Below, piece by piece: positions 18,158 to 25,828 of a DNA stretch of 64,000 nucleotides. A program made the position numbers and the translations under genes. The notes below the pieces were generated by a model that saw only the letters and a program-made list of their open reading frames with translations, searched no databases and had not been told where the DNA came from. This DNA is from a virus. Lineage: Duplodnaviria > Caudoviricetes. Numbering within the stretch: the stretch's first letter is position 1; every line of letters begins with the position of its first letter. The stretch covers positions 24,799-88,798 of IMG/VR virus record IMGVR_UViG_3300035661_000030, one strand, 5' to 3'.

Positions 18158-18421
18158 TTACTCTTTTTTTGCAACTTTGAACCAATACCGACGTGAACGA
18201 TCAATAAAATCATTCCATTCTTTTTCAATTCGCATTGGGGGTTCCTGCATCGTCTCATTATTTAATCGAGCAATAGCGATCATCATGCCTTTCTTTTTAT
18301 TGTAATTATCCCTCTTGTGACAAACAGAATATCCTGTATTTAATTCACCTTTTTCATTTAAATTTGAGAGCATGATCCCAATAGGATTCCCTCGCTTGTC
18401 TCTGATATACTGTTTAAGCAT
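18158..18421 (-). CDS. Small phage protein with G-x-S-x-C-x3-D-x-Y-x4-G-x2-IA motif
   Basis: AGGAG SD; GYSVCHKRDNYNKKKGMMIAIAR motif recurrent in small phage proteins (Gp49/Gp66-like by recollection). Confidence 0.7.
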   Translation of the reverse strand: MLKQYIRDKRGNPIGIMLSNLNEKGELNTGYSVCHKRDNYNKKKGMMIAIARLNNETMQEPPMRIEKEWNDFIDRSRRYWFKVAKKE

Positions 18422-18443
18422 ATTAAATACTCCTTAATAAGAT

Positions 18444-18518
18444 TGGTCCTCCTGCTAGGAATCGAACCTAGACCCGCGCCTTAGAAGGGCGCTGCTCAAT
18501 CCATTAAGCTACAGGAGG
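18444..18518 (-). tRNA. tRNA-Arg(UCU)
   Basis: GCGCC-CTTCTAA-GGCGC; CCA. Confidence 0.95.
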
Positions 18519-18573
18519 ATGTAATAGTATTGTTTTTTAGAGTATCGGTTAACCTATACACCGAAAGGTTATT

Positions 18574-18981
18574 TGGTGGACCTGGAGGGAGTCGAACCCT
18601 CGTCCAAGAAAAGCGCCCAAGGCAATTGTAGCAGCTTATCCTATTTAGTTACCTATATAGCCATAATAGGCAAAAAGCTATAAAGGTTTAATAGTATTTT
18701 TCAGATTGGATTTACTATCATTACCAATCCAAGTCTTATAACGGTTTTTCGAGCAAGTCTACTATTCCGTATTTAACGAGATCCATACTAAGACGATTTG
18801 GATTACTCGTCCTCAATTAAGCCGCTTTAGCGAAAGCGAAAGCAGGGGCATTGAAGAAGCTGGCAACGAAAGTAAACACGTTGTTGGCATTTAGGTTTTA
18901 GATGATTGATAAACCGGCCATCATCCTTCCGGTGCTGCTTGCTTATGAACTATACTTAACCTGTCGAAACCAGGCAGGCCC
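18574..18981 (-). ncRNA. ssrA: tmRNA; predicted tag ANNVFTFVASFFNAPAFAFAKAA*
   Basis: GGGCCTG/CAGGTCC-ACCA acceptor with G3-U70; GGTTTCGAC 5' motif; T-arm; tag ORF 18888-18817 ending AA-stop. Confidence 0.92.
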
Positions 18982-19007
18982 ATTTGTAAAACATTTCACT
19001 GATTGAT

Positions 19008-19083
19008 TGGAGCCTATAGTCGGAATCGAACCAACGACCTACTGCTTACAAGGCAGTTGCTCTACCAACTGAGCTATATAGGC
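19008..19083 (-). tRNA. tRNA-Thr(UGU)
   Basis: ACTGC-CTTGTAA-GCAGT; CCA. Confidence 0.95.
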
Positions 19084-19142
19084 GAAACGGCAGTTTAAGC
19101 ACAACTGCCAAGCCACTAATTTTTGTTCTTAAGATAAGTATT

Positions 19143-19325
19143 TGGTAAGTGATCCAAATTACTTTCCGCAATCGGTCAGTCAGGTTTCAGAGATACACTA
19201 TGCGCTAAGGGTGGCCGATAACCATATAGCGTTTAAGTTTACCCTACCTTACAGTCATGACGTTTGGAGCTATTAAGGTGATAGCTTTAATCCAAATCGT
19301 TACGGATTGGATACCGTATTCCTCG
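19143..19325 (-). ncRNA. Candidate structured RNA(s) between tRNA-Pro and tRNA-Thr
   Basis: AGGGT/ACCCT, CGCTA/TAGCG and ATCGG/CCGAT crossing pairs; ends TTACCA; further hairpins at 19255-19325. Confidence 0.4.
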
Positions 19326-19332
19326 TTTTTAT

Positions 19333-19409
19333 TGGTCGGGGTAATAGGATTTGAACCTATGACCCTCTGCTCCCAAAGCAGATGCGCTACCAGGCTGCGC
19401 TATACCCCG
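19333..19409 (-). tRNA. tRNA-Pro(UGG)
   Basis: TCTGC-TTTGGGA-GCAGA; CCA. Confidence 0.95.
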
Positions 19410-19423
19410 ATTAGTTTATTTAA

Positions 19424-19497
19424 TGGAGCGAGATATCAGATTCGAACTGATTTCTTCAGCTTGGAAGGCTGAGGCACAACCCATATACCAATCTCGC
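19424..19497 (-). tRNA. tRNA-Gly(UCC)
   Basis: TCAGC-CTTCCAA-GCTGA; CCA. Confidence 0.95.
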
Positions 19498-19507
19498 TTT
19501 TTATGGA

Positions 19508-19610
19508 TGGTAGGTCCACTAGGATTCGAACCTAGAACATTCGGTAATCTGCCGACGCTCTTTCGAGTGGAGGGTATAAACCTCTTGTTTTACCGTTAAA
19601 CTATGGACCC
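19508..19610 (-). tRNA. Atypical tRNA-Ile(UAU), 103 nt, two hairpins in the variable region
   Basis: GGGTCCA/TGGACCT-ACCA acceptor; D- and T-arms present; GAGG-TTTATAC-CCTC anticodon arm; CTC-GAAA-GAG and TCGG-CAGATTA-CCGA extra stems. Confidence 0.75.
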
Positions 19611-19624
19611 ATTATTTCAATAAA

Positions 19625-19700
19625 TGGTGGGGACGGAGAGGCTCGAACTCCCGACATATTGCGTGTAAGGCAATCGCTCTACCAACTGAGCTACATCCCC
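19625..19700 (-). tRNA. tRNA-Val(UAC)
   Basis: ATTGC-CTTACAC-GCAAT; CCA. Confidence 0.95.
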
Positions 19701-19715
19701 GTTTAATCAAATTAA

Positions 19716-19791
19716 TGGTGGCCCCACACAGATTCGAACTGTGGACCAGTCGGTTATGAGCCGACAGCTCTGACCGCTGAGCTATAGGGCC
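19716..19791 (-). tRNA. tRNA with CAU anticodon, most likely Ile2
   Basis: GTCGG-CTCATAA-CCGAC; GGCCCTATAGCTCAG start typical of Ile2. Elongator Met is not excluded. Confidence 0.85.
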
Positions 19792-19797
19792 AAAATA

Positions 19798-19914
19798 TTA
19801 CATTCGATAGTTCTTTTTATTTAAGTTAATAATTTCTTGCTTTCCATTATAATAACCGATTTTGTAAATCACAAAAAATCCTATAAATCCTGTAATCATA
19901 ATTAAAATGTTCAT
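19798..19914 (-). CDS. Small membrane protein (38 aa, not in track)
   Basis: AAAGGAG SD; MNILIMITGFIGFFVIYKIG hydrophobic helix. Confidence 0.6.
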   Translation of the reverse strand: MNILIMITGFIGFFVIYKIGYYNGKQEIINLNKKNYRM

Positions 19915-19928
19915 CAATCTCCTTTAAA

Positions 19929-20020
19929 TGGCGGAAGGTGAGAGATTCGAACTCTCGGATAGGTGTTAACCCATCAACAGTTTTCAAGACTGGCCCATTA
20001 AACCACTCTGGCAACCTTCC
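19929..20020 (-). tRNA. tRNA-Ser(UGA)
   Basis: Class II cloverleaf; loop CTTGAAA; GCCA end. Confidence 0.95.
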
Positions 20021-20029
20021 GTTATAGAT

Positions 20030-20107
20030 TGGCTTCTATTGTTAGATTTGAACTAATAGCCTAGTGATTAACAGTCGTTCACTCCAACTAATTGAGCTAA
20101 ACGGGAA
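20030..20107 (-). pseudogene. Degenerate tRNA-Asn(GUU)
   Basis: CTGTTAA loop, T-arm and GCCA retained, but acceptor and anticodon stems have several mismatches. Confidence 0.7.
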
Positions 20108-20271
20108 TGGGAATATTTATTTCGCCAGGGCTACCCTAAAGCTGCCCTGATCGAATAATTATCTTTATGCAATTATCAATGACGATTAATCTTCCCCGTA
20201 GGGCATACAAGTAGTGTAACACAACTGAGCTATCTGTCAACCATGACAGGTAAGAATATTTAATTTAAAAT

Positions 20272-20318
20272 TAGCTCCACCTTAACCCAAAGATTTTCTC
20301 TAGGTTAAGGTGGAGCTA
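20272..20318. repeat. 16-bp perfect inverted repeat
   Basis: TAGCTCCACCTTAACC (20272-20287) / GGTTAAGGTGGAGCTA (20303-20318). Confidence 0.9.
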
Positions 20319-20388
20319 TCAACAATTTGGTGCGCCTAAGCTTAAACGTATTATAAGAATTATGGCACACCAAATATATACCATGCCT

Positions 20389-20425
20389 CCATATATATTA
20401 TAACAAAATGTTGTTATATTTTGCA
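20389..20425 (-). promoter_or_regulatory. Promoter of the tRNA/ncRNA operon (TGCAAA-17-TATAAT, TGn extension)
   Basis: 21 bp identical to 39463-39483 and the same -35 hexamer at the same spacing. Confidence 0.7.
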
Positions 20426-21367
20426 TGTATTTTTTATTGCAATTAATCTTTCAAGTTTTCTAGATAATATTCCACAGTCTTTAGATTTAGATATTATAGC
20501 TTCAGCCAAAGCTAACGTTTTATCTATTTGCGTTGTTTGCGGATAATATAATATTGATAAATAATTTGATTTATCTGTATTTTTAGTATAAATATATTTA
20601 AAATATTCTGAAAAATTATCTAACAATTGATTTGCAAATATTTCCGAAGCTGTACATACATTTATGTAAGGCTTCTGCCCTGGATATATTTTTGATACAT
20701 ATCCATTACCTTCTATTGTACCTATTAAAAAATAAATATGTAATTCTTTTGGAATTAAATCAAATCTAATATTTAAAGAATATGATTTGTATTGTGTAAT
20801 TCCAAATAATTTTAAATCTTCTCCAATTTCTTTGGACATTACATATGTTCTAAAGTTATCTTGTTCTTTATAATATGTTCCACCTAATTCTTCTATTACA
20901 AAATCAATTAACTCTATATCTTTTGAACTAAATCTTATTCTATAATTACCACCTTTTATTTGTCGTATATCTCCATCCGTTGCAAGCAATCCTAACATTC
21001 TTGCTTTTTTTGGAGTTAAATTTTTAAAGTAATCATGATTAGCTATAATCTTATATTTTCTTTCTACTTTAATATTGTTTTTTTTAAGTACTAAACGAAT
21101 ACATGAATCTGACACGTTGTATTTTGAAGCAATTTCTTTAATTGTCATTTTTTCTATTTTATATAATTTTATAATATCTATTTTATCTAATTCAGAAATT
21201 TTAGTTAAAGCTTGAGCTATACCTTTGGCTGTATTATTTCTTCTATTTACTTTTGGTAGATTATATTTTTTTATTAATCGTGGAATTGACCATTTTGGAA
21301 TATTGTTTCTTGTAGCAATATCTGTCCAAGTTAATTCACTATTTAGATAATCCTCTTTAAATCCCAT
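20414..21367 (-). mobile_element. Free-standing LAGLIDADG homing endonuclease with N-terminal HTH
   Basis: MLGLLATDGDI and FLIGTIEGNG motifs; GGGAGG SD. Confidence 0.85.
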
Positions 21368-21416
21368 AAATCCTCCCGATTACCATTGTAGCATAAATTG
21401 GAAAATTCACGTTATT

Positions 21417-21450
21417 TTGATTTTTACTTATACTATGATATAATTTATAT
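21417..21450 (+). promoter_or_regulatory. Sigma70-like promoter giving a probable leaderless mRNA
   Basis: TTGATT-16-TATAAT with a TGn extension; ATG 6 nt later; no SD. Confidence 0.55.
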
Positions 21451-22119
21451 ATGACGAATGATTTGATTAGACAATATCAAGAAACTGGATCTAAAGAAGT
21501 GGAAGATCAATTGTTTGATCTTCATAAAAGTTATATTCAAGCAAATATAAACAAGTGGAGTGGGGTTTTGCCAGAAGCCGTTTTGCAGGCTTATGGAAAA
21601 CATTATGCGAAAAATGCATTTAAGTCATTTGATCCAAATAAAGGTGGCAGTATTAATACTCATCTTTATAATCATATTTCTCAACTGTCTCGTAGAGTTT
21701 ATGCCGCTAACAATTCCCTTTCTATTCCCGAACATCAAATTCAAATGATTGGTAAAGTTAATTCTGCTAGAGATTTGCTTGCAGATGAACTTGGAAGAGA
21801 TCCTACGGTAGATGAAATAGCTGATCATCTTTCATTACCTAAACAACATATTGCAAAAGTTATTAAAAATCAAAGAGCAGATTTCTTAAATGATTCAGAT
21901 ACAGATATACAATATCAAGTTGGCGGTGATAGTAAAGTAGCAGATAAAATCTTTGGTTATCGTCAAGCTCTTGAAGATAAACAGAAAGAATATTTTGATG
22001 CTTTAACTGGATTTGGTGGAACAAAACCATTGACTCCACAACAGTTTGGCAAACAATTTAAAATGAAACCATATGAAGTTTCTAGATTAAAAGCTTACTT
22101 TGCGAAGGGGTTAAAATAA
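21451..22119 (+). CDS. Phage RNA polymerase sigma factor (sigma70 family, FliA/WhiG-like)
   Basis: Region 2-like AFKSFDPNKGGSINTHL, region 3 LGRDPTVDEIADHL, C-terminal HTH. Confidence 0.85.
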   Translation: MTNDLIRQYQETGSKEVEDQLFDLHKSYIQANINKWSGVLPEAVLQAYGKHYAKNAFKSFDPNKGGSINTHLYNHISQLSRRVYAANNSLSIPEHQIQMIGKVNSARDLLADELGRDPTVDEIADHLSLPKQHIAKVIKNQRADFLNDSDTDIQYQVGGDSKVADKIFGYRQALEDKQKEYFDALTGFGGTKPLTPQQFGKQFKMKPYEVSRLKAYFAKGLK

Positions 22120-22496
22120 TGGCTACTACAATTACTAGAGAACAAGTGTTAAGTGATCGTGTTATTACGGTCAAGATTTTTTTAGCTTCTAAGGATGCTA
22201 GTGATGATGCTCTCATTAAAAAATTCGGGGATATAAAAATAAACCCATCTGGTGAGTTTGGTGATCCTAACGATGCTGCCTATCCTCAGTTTAGAGTAGA
22301 CGCAGGGGATGCTGTTCCATTTTTCACGGTTGGAGAGATCAAGGCGGTATTCGCAAATGATACTCTTACAATCCTCGATTTACAAAAGAGAGCAGATTTA
22401 TGGGGCGATAAAATTCAATTAGATATTCAAAATGCTATGATAGCTTTAAGGGCTTTAACTGATAAAACCACTTCAACTACCACGGTAACTATTTAA
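22119..22496 (+). CDS. Hypothetical virion protein
   Basis: TAATG-coupled ORF in the structural operon. Confidence 0.55.
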   Translation: MATTITREQVLSDRVITVKIFLASKDASDDALIKKFGDIKINPSGEFGDPNDAAYPQFRVDAGDAVPFFTVGEIKAVFANDTLTILDLQKRADLWGDKIQLDIQNAMIALRALTDKTTSTTTVTI

Positions 22497-22912
22497 TGGC
22501 CTTTCAATCATTTCTAGAAAAATATAAATCATTTCTTACTAACTGGAGCAAGTCAGCTTCAGGTGAAGGAACTACAGAAACTTTTGATTATCAAATTAAT
22601 ACAAAACAAGAATTAAATGCTTTACAGAATGTTTCAACAATTAATGATATGGTGCAATTAAGTAATGGTTATTATGACCAAGTTGGAATTGGCAGAGCTA
22701 TTAAAGAATTATATAAAACTCCTAAAGATTATTTAGCTGATTTTAAATCTTATAATGAAATGTTAATTAAAAGATTAGATAATATTGGAGGTGAAGTTGC
22801 AGATTCAACTATTAATGTAGCTAATACAATTGAAAAAAGCAAATCAATAAAAGGCATCTCTCAGAAATTACAACTTAAACTTTCATTAATAAAATCGGAA
22901 TTCGATGCGTGA
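22496..22912 (+). CDS. Hypothetical protein
   Basis: TAATG-coupled ORF. Confidence 0.55.
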   Translation: MAFQSFLEKYKSFLTNWSKSASGEGTTETFDYQINTKQELNALQNVSTINDMVQLSNGYYDQVGIGRAIKELYKTPKDYLADFKSYNEMLIKRLDNIGGEVADSTINVANTIEKSKSIKGISQKLQLKLSLIKSEFDA

Positions 22913-23324
22913 CTTAGATATTACAAATAGAGATTTATTTGGAAATGTAACTTTCCAAATGAAATCATCCTCTGTATCGGGGATTGAAAATGTTATTCAA
23001 AAAGTCACAACAATGCTTCTCTCTCAAAATAAAACAACCTATTTTGGTTCAGTTATTGGAAGTGATGCATTATCAGTAGGTAAATTTAATTATGCTAATG
23101 ATGATTCTTCTGATTTTAAACTTGTTATTGCGGATAACTTAATCAATATCTTAAACGCAATTCAATCAGATGAGAGTAAATATAATATTCCTGTAGAAGA
23201 TAGAATTAAAGACATACAAATAAAAGACTTGGTATTTGAAAAGAAAACGTTAAACGTATTTCTTTCTCTTATTGTTTCAACAAATTCTGCTACTAAAGTA
23301 ATTCAACTTCCGGTGAAAAAATGA
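22905..23324 (+). CDS. Baseplate wedge subunit (gp25-like)
   Basis: Size, SGIENVIQKV..LL and IKDIQI..L features, and position before a baseplate J-like gene. Confidence 0.55.
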   Translation: MRDLDITNRDLFGNVTFQMKSSSVSGIENVIQKVTTMLLSQNKTTYFGSVIGSDALSVGKFNYANDDSSDFKLVIADNLINILNAIQSDESKYNIPVEDRIKDIQIKDLVFEKKTLNVFLSLIVSTNSATKVIQLPVKK

Positions 23325-25012
23325 ATGGAACTGATTTCATTAAATTTGCTATAGATACATTAAAAGCAGATCCTAACTATTCAGATATTGATATGTCTGA
23401 ATCATCAGCTTTTTATAATATGGTAATATTACCTTTCACCGTACTAAGTAAACCTATTTATGATATGAATGAAGCTAATTTATCTGCATTAAAATTAGAG
23501 TCAATGACAGATACTCAAATGGACGATTATGCTTCAATGTTTTTTGTCAAACGTAGAACCGAAAATTTACTTACATTAGAAATTTCAATCTATTTAACTA
23601 ATACGGCAGCTGATACAGAACCTTTAATTGTTTCTACTACAGATCAATTTAGAACAAGTTCAAATCAGGTATTTTCTCCAATTCAAGATTATGTATTTGC
23701 TTATAATACTTTGCCTACGGTTACAATTAATGGCACTATTTATAAAGTTGCTACAATTGTAACTTCATCAGCTAATAATTATAGTCAAGTTGCAGAAGGA
23801 AGCATTAAGACGAGTTCATTACTTCATCCATTAATTCAATTTGTCACTAATACTAAATCTTCATCTTCACCTTTAACTTCTGAAACTAATACCGAATTTA
23901 TTAATACAATTCAGAAAGCTATTACTCAAAGAAATAACACAACTTCAGATTCATTGTATACAAATCTCAAGCTTGCTTTCCCTCAAATTACAGACTGTCT
24001 TTCTATTGGACATTCTGACCCTGAAATGCAAAGAGATATTGCTGTAGCCGGTAAAACATGGTCTGGTCATTTTGGTGGTATGACAGATATTTATATTCGT
24101 ACACCATTAACTCCAGTAACCGCAACTATGTCAGCCACAGATATTGGAAATGGATATAAATTTAAAATTCAAAGATATAAAGGTTACGATTGGAGTGCTA
24201 CAGATAACGCTTCTCCAAACCCATTATCATTAACCCCCTGGATTTTATTGCAGACTAATGATCCATTACCTATTACTCCAGTTGTATTGATTGATTGGAC
24301 TGGTACTTCTATTAGTAATACTACTATAACTTTAGATACTAATGGTTATCCTAAATATAGTATTAAAGTTTTACCTGATCCATTAGAAAAATCATATGGT
24401 AAAAATTATCGTTATTCACCATATGAAAATATTGAAATTACAATTTATACAAATTTAAATCCAGGTGGAAATCAAACCGTAACATTAAAATATTATACAT
24501 TATCAAATATCGAAGAGATTCAATCATTTGTCAATTCTTCTGCAAATAGAGTTTTGTGTTCAAACAATCTTGTTAAATCTTTTATTCCAGTAGAAATAAA
24601 AAGCTTGAATATTACTTACGATTCACGATATACTGTAAATGAAACGCAATGGAAAACAACTATTGCGAATCTAATTAATAACTGGTCTTTACCAGAACCA
24701 ATTAGATTAACTACTTTATTAAAAGACTTTCCCGCGCCAACACGAATTGATGAAATCTGGTATGATAATAATGCAAACAATCTTCCTTATAAAACTGATG
24801 TAAATGGAATTATAATTGGAACAAACGTATCTACTGGCGCTTATCCTTGTTATGCAACAATGTTATTAGAAAACATTGATGGATCACATCAATATTATCT
24901 TTCTACTAGACAATTATATCCTTTAGTTAGTAATGGCATTTCAACATCATATAGAACTTGCAGATATTTTATTGATCCTACAAATATTTCCTTCATTAAA
25001 GGGAGTTGGTAA
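23321..25012 (+). CDS. Baseplate wedge protein (gp6/J-like)
   Basis: ETNTEFINTI..AIT.RN...L...FP...CLSIGHSDPEMQRD..GG.TDIYI pattern. Confidence 0.7.
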   Translation: MNGTDFIKFAIDTLKADPNYSDIDMSESSAFYNMVILPFTVLSKPIYDMNEANLSALKLESMTDTQMDDYASMFFVKRRTENLLTLEISIYLTNTAADTEPLIVSTTDQFRTSSNQVFSPIQDYVFAYNTLPTVTINGTIYKVATIVTSSANNYSQVAEGSIKTSSLLHPLIQFVTNTKSSSSPLTSETNTEFINTIQKAITQRNNTTSDSLYTNLKLAFPQITDCLSIGHSDPEMQRDIAVAGKTWSGHFGGMTDIYIRTPLTPVTATMSATDIGNGYKFKIQRYKGYDWSATDNASPNPLSLTPWILLQTNDPLPITPVVLIDWTGTSISNTTITLDTNGYPKYSIKVLPDPLEKSYGKNYRYSPYENIEITIYTNLNPGGNQTVTLKYYTLSNIEEIQSFVNSSANRVLCSNNLVKSFIPVEIKSLNITYDSRYTVNETQWKTTIANLINNWSLPEPIRLTTLLKDFPAPTRIDEIWYDNNANNLPYKTDVNGIIIGTNVSTGAYPCYATMLLENIDGSHQYYLSTRQLYPLVSNGISTSYRTCRYFIDPTNISFIKGSW

Positions 25013-25518
25013 TGAAAGCTTCTGAATTTTTAATGGCTAAAGCGTTAGAGTATGATGATTTTCGCTTAACTAAATTAGCTCATGAATTACATGAATCTGA
25101 TGCTGATTTTGAATATATTAAAGAAGCTGGTTTGGCTAGTGGATTGCTTGCTGCCGGTAGTCAATTGTTAAAAAATAACGTAGTTCGTAATGCTGCTATC
25201 GGTGCTGGAGTTGGTGCGTTATCTGGTGCCGTTAATGCTGGCGAAGGAAATAGATTATCTGGAGCTTTAAAAGGTGCTGCTTTGGGTGGTGCTGTTGGCG
25301 GTATTGGAACTGGAGCTATGAACATTAATACTGCAATGAAGGTTCCGGGTACAACAATAGGTCAAGCTATTGGACAGCAATTTAATCAAGTCGCTGGAGT
25401 TGTAAATAAAGCTGGTAGAGCTTTTGATATTGGTAATAGTGGTAAAACTTTTGGTTCAAAATTAGTAGTACCTGCAACTAATCAAACTGGCGCAGGAACG
25501 GCCCAAGGACACTTATAA
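25006..25518 (+). CDS. Glycine-zipper virion (possible ejection) protein with K-x-A motifs
   Basis: GAGVGALSGA and GAALGGAVGGIG zippers; LTKLA, YIKEA. Confidence 0.55.
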   Translation: MVMKASEFLMAKALEYDDFRLTKLAHELHESDADFEYIKEAGLASGLLAAGSQLLKNNVVRNAAIGAGVGALSGAVNAGEGNRLSGALKGAALGGAVGGIGTGAMNINTAMKVPGTTIGQAIGQQFNQVAGVVNKAGRAFDIGNSGKTFGSKLVVPATNQTGAGTAQGHL

Positions 25519-25519
25519 T

Positions 25520-25822
25520 ATGTCTCTAATTAAATTAGCAGTTCAACCAGTAATAGTTATAAATAAAACAGATCCTAATAACCAGGGGTCTAAAACATTT
25601 AATGCTAAAAATTTAGTTGCTGCTGTTACTGGTGGCACTACTGGCTTTTTAGCAAGCCATAAAATTGAGCATTTACCAAAATTTAATGATAAACTTTTAT
25701 CTCATCAATATGCTAAACGTATGGGTTCTGTATTAGGTGGATTTACCGGTGCTGCCGCTGCATATAAATTAATGAATAAAAAGAAAGAACAAGATCAATC
25801 ACCTAAATTTTATATGCTGTAG
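25520..25822 (+). CDS. Glycine-zipper small protein beginning MSLIKLA
   Basis: Two GxxxG helices; same N-terminus as 6173-6322. Confidence 0.55.
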   Translation: MSLIKLAVQPVIVINKTDPNNQGSKTFNAKNLVAAVTGGTTGFLASHKIEHLPKFNDKLLSHQYAKRMGSVLGGFTGAAAAYKLMNKKKEQDQSPKFYML

Positions 25823-25828
25823 GTAATT

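Noticed and set aside
15896-19472. Track ORFs 15896-16216, 17001-17243, 17183-17365, 17594-17902, 18076-18258 and 19257-19472
   Set aside because: They are antisense to or overlapping tRNAs and structured RNAs (or overlap a better ORF by 100 nt), lack SD sites and show no protein motifs.
19508-19610. Intron-containing tRNA
   Set aside because: The anticodon stem closes before the extra sequence, and no alternative 3' anticodon strand exists after it.
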